Source: an uncultured Geobacter sp. (lineage in GTDB: Bacteria > Desulfobacterota > Desulfuromonadia > Geobacterales > CAIOGM01). From it: a stretch of 64,000 nt of DNA. The position numbers were made by a program, and so were the translations under genes. How positions within the stretch are numbered: position 1 is the first letter of the stretch; the number at the start of each line of letters is the position of its first letter. The DNA is taken from contig CAIUWK010000056.1 of the NCBI GenBank assembly GCA_903902855.1, positions 2,309 through 66,308 on the forward strand, in the 5' to 3' direction. The notes beneath the pieces are model-generated. The model was not told where the DNA came from. It was given only the letters and a program-made list of their open reading frames with translations, and searched no databases. Below, one piece after another: positions 1-9,972 of this stretch.

Positions 1-732
1 CTTGTAACGGGCATGGCGCCCGAAATGGTGTGCGACCTTGTCCCACATGATCTGCGAATCGAACTTGTCCCCGGCCACATAGACCCCACCCATGGAGAGG
101 ACGTCACTGCGCCGGTCCGACCGTCCGAAGTCGCCCCCCTTCACCCGGATAACCGAAAAGTCCGAAGTCCCTCCACCAAAATCACCAATGAAGACAATCC
201 GCTCCTGACCGGGCTGCAGCGTCTCCTCAAAGGCCAGGGCAGCGGCCACCGGCTCAAACTGGAACCAGATATTTTTGAACCCCGCCTTCCGGGCGGCCCT
301 TTCCAGTCGCTGCTGGGCCACGGCATCCTTGGCGGCATCCGTGGAAAAAAGGACCGGCCTCCCCAGAACCACACTCTCCACGGAGCACCCCACGTGCGCC
401 TCACCCCGGGCCTTGAGCTTCCGGAGAATGATCGCCACCAAGTCATCGATGGTGTAACGCCTGCCGAACACCTCGGTACTGTCAAAACTGGTATTGGGCA
501 AAAAAGTTTTGATGGATTGCATGAAGCGCCCGGCAGCCTCATCCCCCACATAATGGCGGATCGCCTCGTTGCCGGTAAAAATCTCCTGCTCCTCGCTGAA
601 ATAAAGCACCGAGCGCATCAACTCCCCGGAGCCGGCGGCGTCATCAACCGCAATCACCTGGACGCTGCCGTCTTTGTATACCGACAGCGCCGAATTTGTT
701 GTTCCAAAATCAATACCGAATACGATCTGCAA
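1..732 (-). CDS. Hsp70-family chaperone, YegD-like (C-terminus runs off the window start)
   Basis: Manual translation from TTG at 732 (AGGAG RBS upstream): MQIVFGIDFGTTNSALS...FEPVAAAL...IGDFGGGTSDFSV, i.e. the Hsp70 phosphate-1 and phosphate-2 motifs. Absent from the ORF track because it is truncated. Confidence 0.85.
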   Translation of the reverse strand, partial: MQIVFGIDFGTTNSALSVYKDGSVQVIAVDDAAGSGELMRSVLYFSEEQEIFTGNEAIRHYVGDEAAGRFMQSIKTFLPNTSFDSTEVFGRRYTIDDLVAIILRKLKARGEAHVGCSVESVVLGRPVLFSTDAAKDAVAQQRLERAARKAGFKNIWFQFEPVAAALAFEETLQPGQERIVFIGDFGGGTSDFSVIRVKGGDFGRSDRRSDVLSMGGVYVAGDKFDSQIMWDKVAHHFGRHARYK

Positions 733-765
733 AAAGAGACTCCTTCATTGGTCACGATAGGTCGT

Positions 766-939
766 TCAATGCCGCTTTGGTTCAGTTCCGGAGAGTTGCC
801 CGGCGGCTTCCCTGGCGCGCGCCTCTCGCTGGAGCTTCCGCCTCCGACGGCCGCCGAGACAGGTTTCCTCGATGACGATGGCGACGAAACAGATGCAGAA
901 GAGGAGGAAGATAACGGCAATCATTTTCTGCAGAATCAT
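766..939 (-). CDS. Small single-TM protein, 57 aa (MILQKMIAVIFLLFCICFVAIVIEETCLGGRRRRKLQREARAREAAGQLSGTEPKRH)
   Basis: GGAG RBS 5 nt before ATG; hydrophobic N-terminus followed by a basic stretch; ends 33 nt before the Hsp70 start. Confidence 0.6.
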   Translation of the reverse strand: MILQKMIAVIFLLFCICFVAIVIEETCLGGRRRRKLQREARAREAAGQLSGTEPKRH

Positions 940-1245
940 GAAAACTCCCGGGTTGAGGGGATCGCTCCGAAGGGGAGCGTCATGGCCGCCGGATTCCCTT
1001 GTGGGCTCATGCGAACCTCTCCGGAAGAACCGGATGATGAGCGGCGTGGCGCTAAAATACTCCGGATGGAGCGGCGCGTCAAGGCGACATCCTTTAACCC
1101 GACTGCCGTTTTTGTCTTGAAATCGAGCTGTTCTTATACTACCCTGTCAAAGTTGTCCCCCCTGTTTCATGAACGGCGGACAGCCTGGGACCCGCCCCAG
1201 GGCGCATTCCCGACTAACTAAAACTAACTCTCTACAGGAGGCATC

Positions 1246-2418
1246 ATGGCAGCACGTCAAAAAACAGTAGGAATTCTCACCGGCGGCGGAGACGTTCCCG
1301 GCCTCAATCCGGCGCTCAAGACCTTGGTACATCGGGCGGAAGAAGACGGCTACAAGGTTGTGGGGATCCGGCGCGGTTGGGGGGGACTCCTCAACTACAA
1401 CCGGGATGACGTTGAATCCCAGGAGCATAACTTCGTCCCTCTGGACAAGCAGGCAGTCCGGACAGTGGACCGTTCCGGCGGCACCTTCCTTCATACCAGC
1501 CGCACCAACCCGGGAAAAGTTGCCAACTCCGAGGTCCCGGAATTCCTCCGGGGAGCGGATTACGATCCGGCCGCCACCTGCAAGCATGATTTCACCCAGC
1601 ATGTCCTGGCCAACCTGGAACATATGGGTATTGACGCCCTTATCCCCATCGGCGGCGATGACACCCTGAGCTACGCCGAGCGGCTTCACCGTGAGAACTT
1701 CCCGGTGGTGGCCATCCCCAAGACCATGGACAACGACGTCTACGGCACCGACTACTGCATCGGCTTCTCCACGGCGGTGACTAGGAGCGTCAACTTCATC
1801 CACAACCTCCGGACCAGCGCCGGCTCCCATGAGCGTGTGGCGGTCATCGAACTCTTCGGCCGTAACTCGGGGGAGACCTCCCTCATCTCCGCCTACCTCG
1901 CCGGTGTGGAGCGCTGCCTCATCTCCGAAGTTCCCTTTGATGTGGAACGGCTGGCGGGACAGGTCAAGATCGACAAAAAAGCCAACCCCAGCAACTACTC
2001 CATGGTCGCCATCTCCGAAGGGGCCACCATGATCGGCGGCCAGATCATCGAATACGGTCAGGAAGATGCCTACGGCCACAAGAAACTGGGGGGGATCGGC
2101 GAGGTCCTCAGCGAGGCGCTCAAGAGCCTCACCGGATCACACATGATCTACCAGCCCCTCTCCTATCTCATGCGCTCCGGCGCACCCGATTCCCTGGACC
2201 TGATGGTAGCATTCAACTACGCCAACATGGCCATGGACCTGGTGGCCGAAGGGATGTCCGGCCGGATGGTGGCGCTCCAGGGTGGGACCTATACCCACAT
2301 CCCCCTGAGCTCCATCATGGGTGGACTCAAGCGGGTTGACGTGTCCGAACTCTACGACGTCGAGGAGTATCGCCCCAAGATCCGCCACGTTCTGGGCAAA
2401 CCGATGTTCCTCTACTGA
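1246..2418 (+). CDS. pfkA: 6-phosphofructokinase (PfkA family, PPi-type signature)
   Basis: [34 protein letters not shown] and ELFGR motifs; AGGAGG RBS. Confidence 0.92.
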   Translation: MAARQKTVGILTGGGDVPGLNPALKTLVHRAEEDGYKVVGIRRGWGGLLNYNRDDVESQEHNFVPLDKQAVRTVDRSGGTFLHTSRTNPGKVANSEVPEFLRGADYDPAATCKHDFTQHVLANLEHMGIDALIPIGGDDTLSYAERLHRENFPVVAIPKTMDNDVYGTDYCIGFSTAVTRSVNFIHNLRTSAGSHERVAVIELFGRNSGETSLISAYLAGVERCLISEVPFDVERLAGQVKIDKKANPSNYSMVAISEGATMIGGQIIEYGQEDAYGHKKLGGIGEVLSEALKSLTGSHMIYQPLSYLMRSGAPDSLDLMVAFNYANMAMDLVAEGMSGRMVALQGGTYTHIPLSSIMGGLKRVDVSELYDVEEYRPKIRHVLGKPMFLY

Positions 2419-2449
2419 TCAAGCGGAACAGCACGATATCTGCTACGTA

Positions 2450-2497
2450 AAAGCCTCACCGACTCCCTGCATTCATGGTGTCGGTGAGGCTTTTTTC
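2450..2497 (+). terminator. Rho-independent terminator after pfkA
   Basis: AAAGCCTCACCGAC...GTCGGTGAGGCTTTTTT stem followed by a U-tract. Confidence 0.8.
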
Positions 2498-2638
2498 GGG
2501 GATGAGACAGACCGAAGCTCCCCTCCCCACTTCTTCTCCGGTCATCCATGAAAGAGGGGCTTTTTCTTGACTTGAAACCCTGTTGATTGTACTGTTCAAA
2601 CCTTGATTTCAGATAACAGTAGCCGATCAGGAGGCATC

Positions 2639-4057
2639 ATGAAGCGGATTGCATTTGGCACATCAGGCTGGCGGGGAATTCTGTGTGAAGATTTCACCTT
2701 CGATAACGTCAAGACGGTCACCCAGGCCATTGCCGATCATCTCTGCGCCAACGGTGAGAAAGATAAAGGGGTGATCGTGGGAACCGACACCCGGTTCATG
2801 GGAGATCGTTTTACCCGGGAATCGGCAGCGGTGCTCACCGGTTCCGGCATCAAGACCCTTCTCTGCAGCCGGGATGTCCCCACCCCGGTCATTGCCTTCG
2901 AGATCATCCGCCGCGGCCTGGCCGGCGGGATCAACTTTACCGCCAGTCACAATCCCCCCGAATATAACGGCATCAAGTTTTCCTCGTCGTCGGGGGGACC
3001 GGCATTGCCGGAGACCACCGCCGACATCGAACTTCGGGCCAACGCCATCCTCGGCACCTCCGGCTACAACTCCATGGAACTGGAAGACGCCCGCCGGGAC
3101 GGCCTGCTGGAAGAGATCGATCCCCGGGAAACCTACCTGGCGGCGTTGGAGGAGAAGGTCGACTTCGACGCCATCACCTCCCTGGGGACCATCGCCCTTA
3201 ACCCGCTCTTCGGCACGGCCCGCGGCTACCTGGATGCGCCCCTCCGCTCCCGAGGGATGAACCTGAAGGTGATCAACGATCACCGGGACCCCTACTTTGG
3301 CGGCTTCCCCCCGGAACCGGCGGAAAAGAACATCCAGGACTTCATCGCCCTGGTGAAGGGTGACCCGGCAGTGAAGCTCGGCCTGGCCACCGACGGCGAC
3401 GCCGACCGTTTCGGCATCCTGGATTGCGACGGCACCTACATCGAACCGAACTATATCGTCGCCCTGCTTCTGGACTACCTGATCCGGTACCGGAAGCTCA
3501 CCGGCGGCGTGGCCCGCAGCGTCGCGACCTCCCACCTTATTGACGCCGTGGCAAAGAAACATGGCATCCCGGTCTACGAAACACCGGTGGGGTTCAAATA
3601 CATCGGCGAACTGATCACCCAGGATAAGATCATCATCGGCGGCGAAGAGAGCGCCGGACTCTCCATCAAGGGGCATGTGCCCGAGAAAGACGGCATCCTG
3701 GCCTGCTTCCTGGTGGCGGAGATGGTGGCCCGGGAAGGGAAATCAGTCACGGAGCTCCTGGAGCGACTGTACGGCGAGGTGGGACGTTATATCACCCGGC
3801 GTGACAACCTCCGGCTCTCCCGGGAGTTGGAGGCGGCCTATCCCCAGAAAGTTTCTTCCATCCCGGCTGAGGTCGCCGGGGCCAAGGTTGTCGACGTCAA
3901 CCGCACCGACGGGGTGAAGCTCCTTCTGGCCGACGGCACCTGGATGCTCTTCCGCAAGTCGGGTACCGAGCCGGTGGTCCGGCTCTACGGCGAGGCTCCT
4001 TCCGAGGCACGTCTGGCCGAGATCATGAAAGCCGGTCGGGAATTCATCCTCGGCTAA
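2639..4057 (+). CDS. Phosphoglucomutase/phosphomannomutase family
   Basis: FGTSGWRG, TASHNP phosphoserine loop, DGDADR metal loop, GEESAG, RKSGTEP; ATG at 2639 follows AGGAGG. Confidence 0.93.
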   Translation: MKRIAFGTSGWRGILCEDFTFDNVKTVTQAIADHLCANGEKDKGVIVGTDTRFMGDRFTRESAAVLTGSGIKTLLCSRDVPTPVIAFEIIRRGLAGGINFTASHNPPEYNGIKFSSSSGGPALPETTADIELRANAILGTSGYNSMELEDARRDGLLEEIDPRETYLAALEEKVDFDAITSLGTIALNPLFGTARGYLDAPLRSRGMNLKVINDHRDPYFGGFPPEPAEKNIQDFIALVKGDPAVKLGLATDGDADRFGILDCDGTYIEPNYIVALLLDYLIRYRKLTGGVARSVATSHLIDAVAKKHGIPVYETPVGFKYIGELITQDKIIIGGEESAGLSIKGHVPEKDGILACFLVAEMVAREGKSVTELLERLYGEVGRYITRRDNLRLSRELEAAYPQKVSSIPAEVAGAKVVDVNRTDGVKLLLADGTWMLFRKSGTEPVVRLYGEAPSEARLAEIMKAGREFILG

Positions 4058-4188
4058 ACAACCATCCACACCGGAAGATGAAGTTAACAGCGGCGCCGGG
4101 TGTCTCATGGGGGACATCCGGCGCCGTTACCGTATAAACCAAATAAAATGACTGCCACTACACGCAAGATGCGTGATCGGATTTCCGG

Positions 4189-4494
4189 ATGAACATCACC
4201 ACCATCGGCCTCGTCGCCGCGTTTATGACCACCGTGGCCGCTGTGCCGCAAGTTGTCCGCTGCTGGCGGACCCGTCATGTACGGGATATTTCTCTCTGGC
4301 AACCGCTCCTTCTGGTTGTGGGGATGGTTCTCTGGCTCTGGTATGGAGTGGAGTTGGGTGATCCGCCGCTCATCATCGGCAATATCGTCTCGCTGCTCCT
4401 CAACCTGACCCTGATCTATCTCAAATTCCGCTTCGCCCCCAATGATCCGCCGGCAGAGCCGGCACCCATTCACAAACTGACGGAGGAATTATGA
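4189..4494 (+). CDS. SemiSWEET / PQ-loop (MtN3-like) transporter
   Basis: About 100 aa, three TM segments, AAVPQV PQ motif, DISL, WLWYG, IIGN. Confidence 0.8.
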   Translation: MNITTIGLVAAFMTTVAAVPQVVRCWRTRHVRDISLWQPLLLVVGMVLWLWYGVELGDPPLIIGNIVSLLLNLTLIYLKFRFAPNDPPAEPAPIHKLTEEL

Positions 4495-5072
4495 AACCGA
4501 TGAAAACTCTGATCCTCATCCTGCTGGCGACACTCCTTACGGGGTGCGGCTACAACGTCATGCAGACCAGGGAAGAGGCGGTCTTCGCCGCCTGGGGTGA
4601 CGTAGAAGCTACCTATCAGCGGCGGGCCGACCTGATACCCAATCTAGTGGAGGTCGTGAAGGGGTATGCCAAACATGAGGCCGAAACCCTCACGGCGGTG
4701 ACCGAGGCACGGGCCAAGATCGGTTCCATCCAGGCGAACAAGGATCTGGTGAACAGCCCCGAGGCCCTGGCCAAGTTCCAGCAGGCTCAGGGACAACTCT
4801 CCGGTGCCCTGTCGCGGCTCATGGTGGTGGTGGAGCGTTATCCGGATCTGAAGGCCAACCAGAATTTCATGGATCTCCAGAATCAGCTGGAAGGGACCGA
4901 GAACCGGATTAACGTGGCCCGGACCCGGTACAACAAATCAGTTGAGGAGTTCAACGTGAGCATCCGGACGTTCCCCAACTCCATGACCAATTCGCTCATG
5001 CTCCACCTGGTTCGCAAAGAGCCGTTCAAGGCGGAGGAAGGGGCGAAGGTCGCGCCCAAGGTGAAGTTCTGA
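4491..5072 (+). CDS. lemA: LemA family protein (lipoprotein signal)
   Basis: LTGC lipobox, [35 protein letters not shown]. Confidence 0.93.
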   Translation: MKPMKTLILILLATLLTGCGYNVMQTREEAVFAAWGDVEATYQRRADLIPNLVEVVKGYAKHEAETLTAVTEARAKIGSIQANKDLVNSPEALAKFQQAQGQLSGALSRLMVVVERYPDLKANQNFMDLQNQLEGTENRINVARTRYNKSVEEFNVSIRTFPNSMTNSLMLHLVRKEPFKAEEGAKVAPKVKF

Positions 5073-5098
5073 CATAAAATCGTCTCTCCAGGCTTACC

Positions 5099-5980
5099 AT
5101 GAAATTTTTCCTGTTTTTCTTCATGATCATCATCGTCCCCGGGGCGGTCTACCCGCTGGATGTCCCGCCGCTTGCGGGACGGGTCAACGACACCGCCGGG
5201 ATGCTCTCTGTTGAGACGCGGCAGCGACTGGAAACGGAACTGGCTGCCTTCGAGCAGACCGAATCGACCCAGATCGTCCTTCTCACCATTCCTTCCCTTG
5301 AAGGGGAGCCGATCGAGCAGTTCGGCATCAAGGTGGCCGAGGCGTGGCGGATCGGCCGCAAGGGGCTCGACAGCGGCGTCATCCTCATTCTTTCCCAACA
5401 GGAGCGAAAAATCCGGATCGAGGTGGGACGAGGTCTGGAAGGACGGCTCACCGACCTGGTGAGCGGCCGGATTATCAGAAACGAGATGGCCCCCCGTCTC
5501 AAGAACAATGACCCGAATGGCGGCATCAGCGCCGGAGTTCAGAGCATCATGGCCGCGGTTAAGGGGGAGTACGCCGCCCCCCTGGATAAGCACCAGAGTA
5601 AACAGTCCGCCCCGCCGGTATTCACACTCCTCATCGTAGCAGTCGTCATCTGTGTATTCCTCAGCGCTATTTCCCGCATTCTTGCCGGCGCCGCCGGAGC
5701 CGTACTCTTCCCCCTGGCTGCCTATCTCTCCTTTGCGACCCTGGGGATATACCTGCTCTTGGGTATTGCCGTGGCCGGCTTCGGCCTGGGGATGCTCATC
5801 GCCGACCTCTTCGGCACCGGCGGCCGGGGCGGATCAGGTGGCGGTGGCCCCTGGCTGGGGGGCGGGTTCGGCGGCGGCGGGTTCGGCGGCGGCGGGTTCG
5901 GCGGCGGATCATCGGATGGCGGTGGTTTTTCCGGTGGAGGTGGCGGCTTCGGCGGCGGCGGCGCCTCGGGGGATTGGTAA
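5099..5980 (+). CDS. TPM-domain membrane protein (YgcG-like) with Gly-rich tail
   Basis: RVNDTAGML, RIEVGRGLEG, C-terminal GGGFGGGGASGDW; usual lemA partner. Confidence 0.88.
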   Translation: MKFFLFFFMIIIVPGAVYPLDVPPLAGRVNDTAGMLSVETRQRLETELAAFEQTESTQIVLLTIPSLEGEPIEQFGIKVAEAWRIGRKGLDSGVILILSQQERKIRIEVGRGLEGRLTDLVSGRIIRNEMAPRLKNNDPNGGISAGVQSIMAAVKGEYAAPLDKHQSKQSAPPVFTLLIVAVVICVFLSAISRILAGAAGAVLFPLAAYLSFATLGIYLLLGIAVAGFGLGMLIADLFGTGGRGGSGGGGPWLGGGFGGGGFGGGGFGGGSSDGGGFSGGGGGFGGGGASGDW

Positions 5981-5983
5981 GAA

Positions 5984-6104
5984 ACTCAGGCTGAAGGCTG
6001 AAGACTGAAGGCTATGAGGAAACCTACACAAGATCAATAAAGTCGACCCATACGAGACGGGTTTAACCTTCAGCCTTCAGTCTTCAGTCTTCAGTCTTCA
6101 GCCT
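5984..6104. repeat. MITE/REP-like element: heptamer (G[G/A]CTGAA)n inverted arms around a conserved core, copy 1
   Basis: GGCTGAAGGCTGAAGACTGAAG...CTTCAGCCTTCAGTCTTCAGTCTTCAGTCTTCAGCC; core GACCCATACGAGACGGGTTTAACC identical to the copy at 22.3 kb. Confidence 0.85.
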
Positions 6105-6107
6105 ATT

Positions 6108-6212
6108 TTACCGGGATCTACAGGATAACATCATGTGTGACATCAAAAACATCAGACAACGAGTCTATTTTTCAATCTTTGTCTACAGCCGTATCCTGTC
6201 CATCCCTGTTAA
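6108..6212. repeat. ACAGGAT/ATCCTGT-type palindromic element
   Basis: TTACCGGGATCTACAGGATA ... TATCCTGTCCATCCCTGTTAA inverted arms; related left arm at 29189-29217. Confidence 0.6.
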
Positions 6213-6239
6213 TTTCTGTTTTGGCTCTCCGGTGTCTCC

Positions 6240-6869
6240 ATGAAAACCGATCTGTTCAATGAAAGCGAGCGAGCTGAGATCCGCCGGGCAATGACGATTG
6301 CGGAGGCCGGGACCTCCGGCGAGATCGTCGCCATGGTGGTCCCCGAAAGTGACCGCTACCGGGAAGCAGAGACGGTTGGTGGGGTACTCCTTGCCGGGTT
6401 TCTCGCTCTCATCACCGGGATACTCCTCCACCATGTCACCGTCTGGTTCTTCATCCCGCTCCTCTTCATCCTCTTCTTCCCCTGCCGGCTCATATTCCGC
6501 AAATTCCCTTGGCTGAAACGGTCACTCCTCACCCGCCCCCGCATGGAGAGCGCCGTCAGGGAGCGCTGTCTCCACGCCTTCCATGACAAGGAACTTCACC
6601 GGACCCGTGACGAGACCGGCGTCCTCATCTACATCTCGCTGCTGGAGCGAAAGGTCTGGATCATCGGGGACCGGGGGATCAATGAGCGGATTCCTCCCGA
6701 GAGCTGGCAGGAGATGGCCAGGGAGTTATCCGAAGGGATCAGGGAGGGTTGCGGGTGCGCGACACTCTGCCGGGTTATCGGCCGCTGCGGGGAAATCCTG
6801 GCAGAACAGTTCCCCCTGAGGAGGGATGACGGCAACGAACTCCCGGACGAGGTAATCGATAACGGATGA
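6240..6869 (+). CDS. TPM-domain membrane protein (second lemA partner)
   Basis: AEAGTSGEIV, TRDETGVLIYISLLERKV, NELPD motifs. Confidence 0.85.
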   Translation: MKTDLFNESERAEIRRAMTIAEAGTSGEIVAMVVPESDRYREAETVGGVLLAGFLALITGILLHHVTVWFFIPLLFILFFPCRLIFRKFPWLKRSLLTRPRMESAVRERCLHAFHDKELHRTRDETGVLIYISLLERKVWIIGDRGINERIPPESWQEMARELSEGIREGCGCATLCRVIGRCGEILAEQFPLRRDDGNELPDEVIDNG

Positions 6870-6980
6870 GCATGAATCGTCGACACCTGCGAATAGTTTC
6901 TCCAGGGAGTTACCATTCGCTCTGGAACTCTTGCCATTGACCGCCTGATCGTAAAATATGACGTTACAACATGAACGCAC

Positions 6981-7013
6981 AAGAGCTCCGGAATAGTCGG
7001 TTCCGGAGCTCTT
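6981..7013. terminator. Hairpin between convergent TPM and arn genes
   Basis: AAGAGCTCCGGAA-N7-TTCCGGAGCTCTT perfect 13-bp stem. Confidence 0.65.
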
Positions 7014-7043
7014 GGTGTATCTGAACGCTGATGATTTGAGACG

Positions 7044-8084
7044 CTACAGCAGATGCTCGATCTTTTGCCGTTCTTCCACCAGATAGAATTCCAGAGTCTT
7101 GCGCAGGGCTTCATCGATGTCCGTCACCGGCTCCCACCCGAGGCACCGTTTGGCATTTTCCACCGAAGGGACCCGGGTCAACATGTCCTGATACCCCTTG
7201 CCGTAAAACTCCCCGGAAGAGACCTCCACGATCCGGCACTTTTCCGCCCTGTCGCGATAAGCGGGATACTCCATGACCAGGGCCCGGAGCTTTTCTGCCA
7301 GTTCCCGTACGGAGAGGTCGTTACCGGGATTACCGATATTGAAGATCTTGCCGCTGGCGCAGCCGTTGTCATCGGCGATAATCTTCATGAGGCAGTCGAT
7401 ACCATCCTCCACAAAGGTGAAGGAGCGCCGCTGGGCGCCGCCGTCCACCAGCTGAATCGGCTCGCCCGCCAGGATGTTGTAGAGAAACTGGGTAAGAACC
7501 CGGGAACTCCCCTCCTTGGCGGTGCTGATGCTGTCCAGCTTGGGACCGATCCAGTTGAAGGGACGGAAGAGGGTGTAACGGAGCCCCTCATGTTCGCCAT
7601 AGGCGTAGATGACCCGGTCCAGCATCTGCTTGGCGCAGGAGTAGATCCACCGCTCCTTGTTGATGGGACCCAGCATGAGCGGCGAGTTTTCCTCGTCAAA
7701 CTCCCGGTCCGGACTCATGCCGTAGACTTCGGAGGTGGAGGGGAAGATTACCCGCTTCTTGTACTTGACGCAGAGGCGGACGATCTTCAGGTTTTCCTCG
7801 AAATCCAGCTCGAAGACCCGCAACGGATCCTTCACGTAGGTCACCGGCGTGGCGATGGCCACCAGCGGCAGGATCACATCGCACTTCTTGATGTTGTACT
7901 CGATCCACTCCTTGTTGATGGTGATATCCCCTTCAAGAAAATGGAAGCGGGGATCCCCCAGGGAGCGTTCCAGTTTGTCGCAGGCCATGTCCAGGCCGTA
8001 GACCTCCCAGTCGGTGGTGGTGAGGATGCGGTGGGTCAGGGCATTGCCGATGAAACCGTTGACGCCGAGAATAAGTACTTTCAT
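7044..8084 (-). CDS. arnA: UDP-glucuronic acid oxidase/decarboxylase (stand-alone ArnA C-terminal domain)
   Basis: GVNGFIG, FPSTSEVYG, RWIYSCAK, RPFNWIGP, YGKGYQD. Confidence 0.9.
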   Translation of the reverse strand: MKVLILGVNGFIGNALTHRILTTTDWEVYGLDMACDKLERSLGDPRFHFLEGDITINKEWIEYNIKKCDVILPLVAIATPVTYVKDPLRVFELDFEENLKIVRLCVKYKKRVIFPSTSEVYGMSPDREFDEENSPLMLGPINKERWIYSCAKQMLDRVIYAYGEHEGLRYTLFRPFNWIGPKLDSISTAKEGSSRVLTQFLYNILAGEPIQLVDGGAQRRSFTFVEDGIDCLMKIIADDNGCASGKIFNIGNPGNDLSVRELAEKLRALVMEYPAYRDRAEKCRIVEVSSGEFYGKGYQDMLTRVPSVENAKRCLGWEPVTDIDEALRKTLEFYLVEERQKIEHLL

Positions 8085-8113
8085 GATTACTCCTTAGCTT
8101 TTAAAAACATGAT

Positions 8114-9019
8114 TCAACTGTTGAGAAAGAGAGCCCCGCCCCGTGGGGGAAACATCCCTCCTTCAACCTCTTCTTCACCTGCCACCTGCAATGACCGGAT
8201 CTCCAGCAGGCCGTCGCCGGTACCCACCTGCAACGGATTCGTCGAAACGACCGCTCCCGGCTCCCCCTCCCCCGCCACCGGCCAGGCCGACCAGAGGACA
8301 ACTCTCTTCCCGTCAAGGAAGGTGAAGGCGCCGGGATAGGGATGAGTGACCCCACGAATGAGGTTGTAGATCTGCAGCGCCGGCCTGGTCCAGTCAATGA
8401 GACCGTCGGCCGGCTTGCGGCCGCCACAGTAGTTCCCGGACGCCAGATCCATGGGGATACGGGGGGCACTCCCGTTGGCCAGAAGCGGCCAGGCGCGACC
8501 GAGAACCGTGACTGCGGCGTCCGTCACCTTCAGAAAAACATCATGGGCCGTGTCGGTGAAGGCAATCGCCACCTTATCCTGAGCCACGATATCCCCGGCA
8601 TCGGGCTTTTCCACCATGTAGTGCAGCGTCGCGCCGGTCTCTCTCTCCCCGTTGATCACCACCCAGTTCACGGGGACCCTTCCCCGGTACCGTGGGAGAT
8701 ATGACCCGTGAAGATTAAGGGCGCCGCGAAGGGGGATAGCCAGCACCTCGGTTTTTATCATGTTCCGGTAATAAAAGGAAAAGATAAAGTCGGGAGCGAG
8801 TTCCCGGAGCAGGGCCACGTTCTCCGGTTCGTTGATGTCGCTGGTCCGCCACGGAATACCGTGAGTATCAGCCAGTTCACGCACGGAGTGGAACCAGATC
8901 TGTTCCGTGGGAGAATCCTCGTGGGTAAAGATCAGACTGATCCTGGCCCCCTGCCGGAGCAGTTCCTCGATACAACGGTACCCCACATTGTGATAGGCGC
9001 AGACGACAAGCGATAGCAT
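8114..9019 (-). CDS. UDP-L-Ara4N formyltransferase (stand-alone ArnA N-terminal domain)
   Basis: AYHNVG, FSFYYR, NLHGSYLPRYRGRVPVNW. Confidence 0.88.
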   Translation of the reverse strand: MLSLVVCAYHNVGYRCIEELLRQGARISLIFTHEDSPTEQIWFHSVRELADTHGIPWRTSDINEPENVALLRELAPDFIFSFYYRNMIKTEVLAIPLRGALNLHGSYLPRYRGRVPVNWVVINGERETGATLHYMVEKPDAGDIVAQDKVAIAFTDTAHDVFLKVTDAAVTVLGRAWPLLANGSAPRIPMDLASGNYCGGRKPADGLIDWTRPALQIYNLIRGVTHPYPGAFTFLDGKRVVLWSAWPVAGEGEPGAVVSTNPLQVGTGDGLLEIRSLQVAGEEEVEGGMFPPRGGALFLNS

Positions 9020-9040
9020 ATAAACCTTTTTTTAGTTGTT

Positions 9041-9970
9041 TTATTCGTGAATCTTGCGCACCACGTACCGGGGGCGGCGACGCACTTCCTGGTAGATCCG
9101 CCCCACGTATTCCCCCAGGATGCCGATGCCGAACATGATGGCCCCCACGAAGAAGAAGAGAATGGCGAAGAGGGTAAAGACCCCCTCCACCTCCGCCCCC
9201 ACCAGGAACCTCCGTACCAGGAGATAAAGGGAGAAACCGACGGCAAAGAGGGACATGAGAACCCCCAGAAGAGCGAAGAGTTGGAGCGGCACCACGGAGA
9301 AGCCGGTCATCAGGTCGAAGTTGAGTCGAATCAGTTTATAGACCGAATATTTGCTCTCCCCTTCGGCCCGCTCGGCATGGGCCACCTCCACCTCGCTGGG
9401 GTTGGCGGCAAAGGTCTGCCCCAGGGCAGGAATAAAGGTGGTGGCCTCCTGGCAACGGTTGATGTTGTCCACCACGTTGCGGCGGTACCCCCGGAGCATG
9501 CAGCCATAGTCGGTCATCTTCATCCCGGTCATCTTCCGGGTCATAATATTCACGATAAGAGAGGCGCTCCGGCGAAAGAAGGTGTCCTTCCGCTTTTGGC
9601 GGACGCTCCCCACGGCATCGTGTCCCTTTTCCATCTCCGCCACCAGCTTGGGGATCTCCTCCGGCGGGTTCTGCAGGTCGGCGTCCAGGGTGATCACATA
9701 CTCCCCGCGACTCACCTCGAAGGCGGCGAGAATCGCCATATGCTGGCCGAAGTTGCCGTTGAACTCGATCACCCTGACCTCGGGATGGCCGCCGGCAAAC
9801 TCCTTGAGGATCTCCAGGGAACGGTCCCGGCTCCCGTCATCGGTAAAGATGATCTCGAAGCTTTTCCCCATCCCCCGCATGACCGGGTAGAGCCGAGCGA
9901 AAAGATTGGGCAGGTTTCCCTGTTCGTTGTAGACCGGGATGACGATGGTGATGATTGGTGAGTCAGGCAT
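9041..9970 (-). CDS. arnC: Undecaprenyl-phosphate Ara4FN transferase (GT2)
   Basis: IPVYNE, DDGSRD, NFGQH, LDADLQNPPEEIP, two C-terminal TMs. Confidence 0.88.
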   Translation of the reverse strand: MPDSPIITIVIPVYNEQGNLPNLFARLYPVMRGMGKSFEIIFTDDGSRDRSLEILKEFAGGHPEVRVIEFNGNFGQHMAILAAFEVSRGEYVITLDADLQNPPEEIPKLVAEMEKGHDAVGSVRQKRKDTFFRRSASLIVNIMTRKMTGMKMTDYGCMLRGYRRNVVDNINRCQEATTFIPALGQTFAANPSEVEVAHAERAEGESKYSVYKLIRLNFDLMTGFSVVPLQLFALLGVLMSLFAVGFSLYLLVRRFLVGAEVEGVFTLFAILFFFVGAIMFGIGILGEYVGRIYQEVRRRPRYVVRKIHE

Positions 9971-9972
9971 GA

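Noticed and set aside
13..1221. 402-aa plus-strand ORF
   Set aside because: Antisense shadow of the minus-strand Hsp70 gene and the small ORF; Hsp70 genes commonly give such long antisense frames
5860..5975. (GGCGGCGGGTTCGGC)n repeat
   Set aside because: Encodes the normal Gly-rich tail of TPM/YgcG proteins
6925..7015. Possible sRNA promoter ahead of the 6981-7013 hairpin
   Set aside because: -35/-10 spacing is poor; the hairpin is explained as a terminator between convergent genes
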